The notes beneath the pieces were generated by a model. It ran no database searches. It saw nothing but the letters and a program-made list of their open reading frames with translations, and was not told the DNA's origin. A stretch of 63,632 nt of DNA, filler included, from Lenisia limosa (taxonomy: Eukaryota; Protista; Breviatea), in assembly GCA_001655205.1 (NCBI GenBank). It is 7 parts of 7 records of this genome, joined end to end, with 100 filler letters (N's around TTAATTAATTAA, not from the genome) between each part and the next. Parts side by side here need not be neighbours in the genome. Positions count along the whole stretch, not along the records: positions 56,746 to 62,433 come from LPNZ01010867.1; positions 62,534 to 63,632 come from LPNZ01004857.1; 5 more parts are not named here. One strand, 5' to 3'. The stretch's first letter is position 1, and each line of letters starts with the position of its first letter. This document shows, piece after piece, positions 61,114 to 63,632 of the stretch. The position numbers and the translations under genes are program-made.

Positions 61114-62433
61114 GTTCGATATAGACGCCACCGACCCAATGAACTTTGAAAACGACACCGAGCCTTACATTATCATGTCAACTGAGCCAAAAACCGTCCT
61201 TAGACGGTCCGGGATACACACCAACCTATCACCCCGGGACGACCCCCTTCAGCCTAACGACTTCTCAGACGCACTAAAACGCCTGCTCGTGTCGTCGCCC
61301 ACGCTTTTGGAGGAGCAGAGTGAGACCCTTCTCTCTACGGCCTCCCGAACCCCTGTCTGTCCCCTACCTCTAAAAACCTTCGCAAAGGACAAGTCACAGC
61401 CACAGAAAGCCCGTCCCACACCCGCAGCTCTGTCCAATTCCGAACCCTCTCCGCCTAAGGCAACCCCCAAAACGGAACCGAAGAATAAACCATCGAAATA
61501 TAAGGCTAAACCCAGACCTAAAGCGCTGTCGAAGAAACGGTCCCAGAAAAAGCCAACAAAGAAGCCGGTGGAATCTTTTCCCGAGCGCGGCGCTTCACCC
61601 CTCCGCGGACAGTACACCACAAGTCGGGGACGCACAATATCGCGCCATCGCGTGACTTACGACACATCGCCATCGCCATCTCCTTCACCGTCCTATTACT
61701 ACTGCACTCCTTCTCCTGGTGCATTCTCACCATCCCCAAGCATTTCACCCAGTCTTTCTTCAAGTCCCCTTCTGACCCGAACAGGCACCCGCTCAAGGCC
61801 TATTACGATCCTTGAGACGGACACTCCGCTCGTTCAAGCCCGACCGCCATCCCCCGTACCTCCAACTCAAAAACCAAGATACCCACCACCCTCGCTAAAG
61901 CCCTCAAAATCACGAGCCCATTCGCCTCCGTCAAAGCCAGCACAGAAGCGAAGAGCAAGAAAGAGACCCGTCCCGGTGATCGAAGAGGACCCGACAGTAT
62001 GTGTGATGAAACAGGCACGAGCCAACCGAGCCGCTGCCCGCGCACTTCGCCTGCAACAATCTAACNNNNNNNNNNNNNNNNNNNNNNNNNNNNNNNNNNN
62101 NNNNNNNNNNNNNNNNNNNNNNNNNNNNNNNNNNNNNNNNNNNNNNNNNNNNNNNNNNNNNNNNNNNNNNNNNNNNCCTCCACTATCACTTCCGCTTTTG
62201 ATACCAAGCCATCTCCCATCCCCTCAAATCCCAAGACTCCTTCGGTTGTGTCAAGCCCCATCCCATCGCCCACAGCTCCTGAAGCTCTCAAAAGCACTAC
62301 TCGAGGGGGTAAGCCACTCAGACGAACACGCCGGTCGCTAATGCTAGTTAATGACATTGGTGAACCTCCTATCTCGATGCAGTCCAACGAACATTTCACT
62401 GTCGTTGTCAACCTTAGGTTGAGGGGGGGGGGG
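61114..62433 (+). CDS. Long exon encoding a Ser/Pro/Lys/Arg-rich low-complexity protein (likely nuclear, disordered)
   Basis: Open frame of more than 400 codons after the CATCAG acceptor, with a possible ATG at 61139. It has SPSPSP tracts and basic clusters (KKRSQKKPTKK, KRRARKR) but no recognisable folded domain. Confidence 0.65.
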
Positions 62434-62533
62434 NNNNNNNNNNNNNNNNNNNNNNNNNNNNNNNNNNNNNNNNNNNNTTAATTAATTAANNNNNNNNNNN
62501 NNNNNNNNNNNNNNNNNNNNNNNNNNNNNNNNN
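62434..62533. other. Artificial contig spacer
   Basis: N44-TTAATTAATTAA-N44. Confidence 0.95.
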
Positions 62534-63632
62534 CGCACCGCAGAAGAAGCGCGCACGTCGGCCCAATCCGAGAGCCTCACCAAGAGCGTTCAGGATAAGG
62601 AGGAGGCTAATGCCAAGCTCAGGGCTAGGGTGGGGGGAGGAGGGGGGGCACGGCTTTCTTTTCAACTTTTCTATAGTTGTTTTTGATATATCTGTTAATT
62701 GTTAATAGTTATTTTATAGTTTTTCGTTGTTATTTTTCATTTATTATTTATTATTTATTGAGATGTTTTTAGATATTGCACATTTTGCCTTTCATAATTA
62801 AATGGTCAAATGGTTGAGCGCTGCTATGCTTTATATTCAAAGCAAGAAACAATACAATCCAGCAGCAGAATGTACCGAGATAGTTTTTGTCCTTTTGCTA
62901 TGTGATTTCCAAGGAAAACAGGTCACAACTTATCCTGATCACTGTACAATCACCTACTACTCTGCATGTAGTGCTTTTCTGCCCCCCTTTAGTATTGGCG
63001 GAACCTGACCTTTTAGGTGGCTGATCTGGAGGAACAGAATAAGTCCGTAACACTGGCTGCTTCGAGCAAGGTGGAGGGGGGGGGTGAACTGTTGTGGAGG
63101 ATAACATAGAGGTGGGAGAGGGTGAGCTGCAACCACCGCTTACCATATTTGGTATCACCACTTACCATATTAGGGATCGAAGGCCGAGTCATTGGCACGC
63201 GAAGTCGAAAGAGCCGACAAGGAGGCCGCTAAATGTTGGTACTTGTTGAAGGTTTTTTCTTTCAGCTACTGCTATAATAGTCCATTTTCACAGTTAATTT
63301 AAGGCTTTTTGTTTCATATTTTCCAATTTACCCCCCCCCCTCCGCAGTGACAGCCGAGCTCAACTCAGCCAAGGCCGACCTCGACGCCAAATCCGCCGCT
63401 GTTGCGTCCGCGCTCATTAAGTCCGAAGAAGCCGAGGCCCGGGCCCAGCTAGCCGAGACAAAGATCACCGAGGTTGGCCGACTTGTCATATCAGGAAGCT
63501 GCCTCTTTTGGCCGAAGATTACCACAACTTACCATATATAGCAAGAGGCGGCGTTCAAGGTTGCAGACACTGAGGCCACCAAGCTTGCCAAGAAGGTTCA
63601 GGAGCTTAAGGCCGCCCTGGCTCAGGCCGAAC
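62534..63632 (+). CDS. Ala/Glu/Lys-rich coiled-coil protein, internal exons
   Basis: Five exons: RTAEEARTSAQSES...AKLRAR|VADLEEQNKSVTLAASSK|GSKAESLAREVERADKEAAK|LTAELNSAKADLDAK...ETKITE|QEAAFKVADTEATKLAKKVQELKAALAQAE. Confidence 0.8.

Noticed and set aside
61249-62411. Several minus-strand ORFs (128, 92, 80 and 116 aa)
   Set aside because: Antisense shadows of the long plus-strand S/P-rich frame.

Overview
This is eukaryotic, intron-rich DNA, probably from a protist; the taxon cannot be determined from sequence alone. It is not one continuous locus. Six identical 100-nt spacers (N44-TTAATTAATTAA-N44) join seven separate contigs: 1-13003, 13104-24202, 24303-39297, 39398-55217, 55318-56645, 56746-62433 and 62534-63632. 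The other N runs mostly sit next to homopolymers and look like masked low-complexity sequence or small gaps. Hand-splicing with GT-AG introns and the standard code recovers these genes: a DUF4062-NACHT-WD40 (TEP1-like STAND) gene filling contig 1; NAE1/APPBP1; an intron-containing tRNA-Met; an A_thal_3526 (PF09713)-domain gene; a FERM-like gene; a head-to-head pair of secreted proteins, one a giant Cys-rich GCC2/GCC3-repeat protein; an Sfi1-like repeat gene; an SDR; a pre-SET/SET/post-SET methyltransferase; and several hypothetical or coiled-coil genes. Most short ORFs in the supplied track are exon fragments or antisense shadows. The most unusual signals are intronic. (i) A ~90-100 bp hAT-type MITE family with 8-bp target duplications clusters in one gene, and one copy duplicated a 3' splice site. 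(ii) Splice junctions are repeatedly duplicated in short tandem copies, several with the extra AG/GT inactivated. (iii) G-runs follow donors and C-runs precede acceptors. (iv) There is a Tc1 transposase relic and an 80-bp Tc1-type MITE. No complete novel multi-gene system can be demonstrated.
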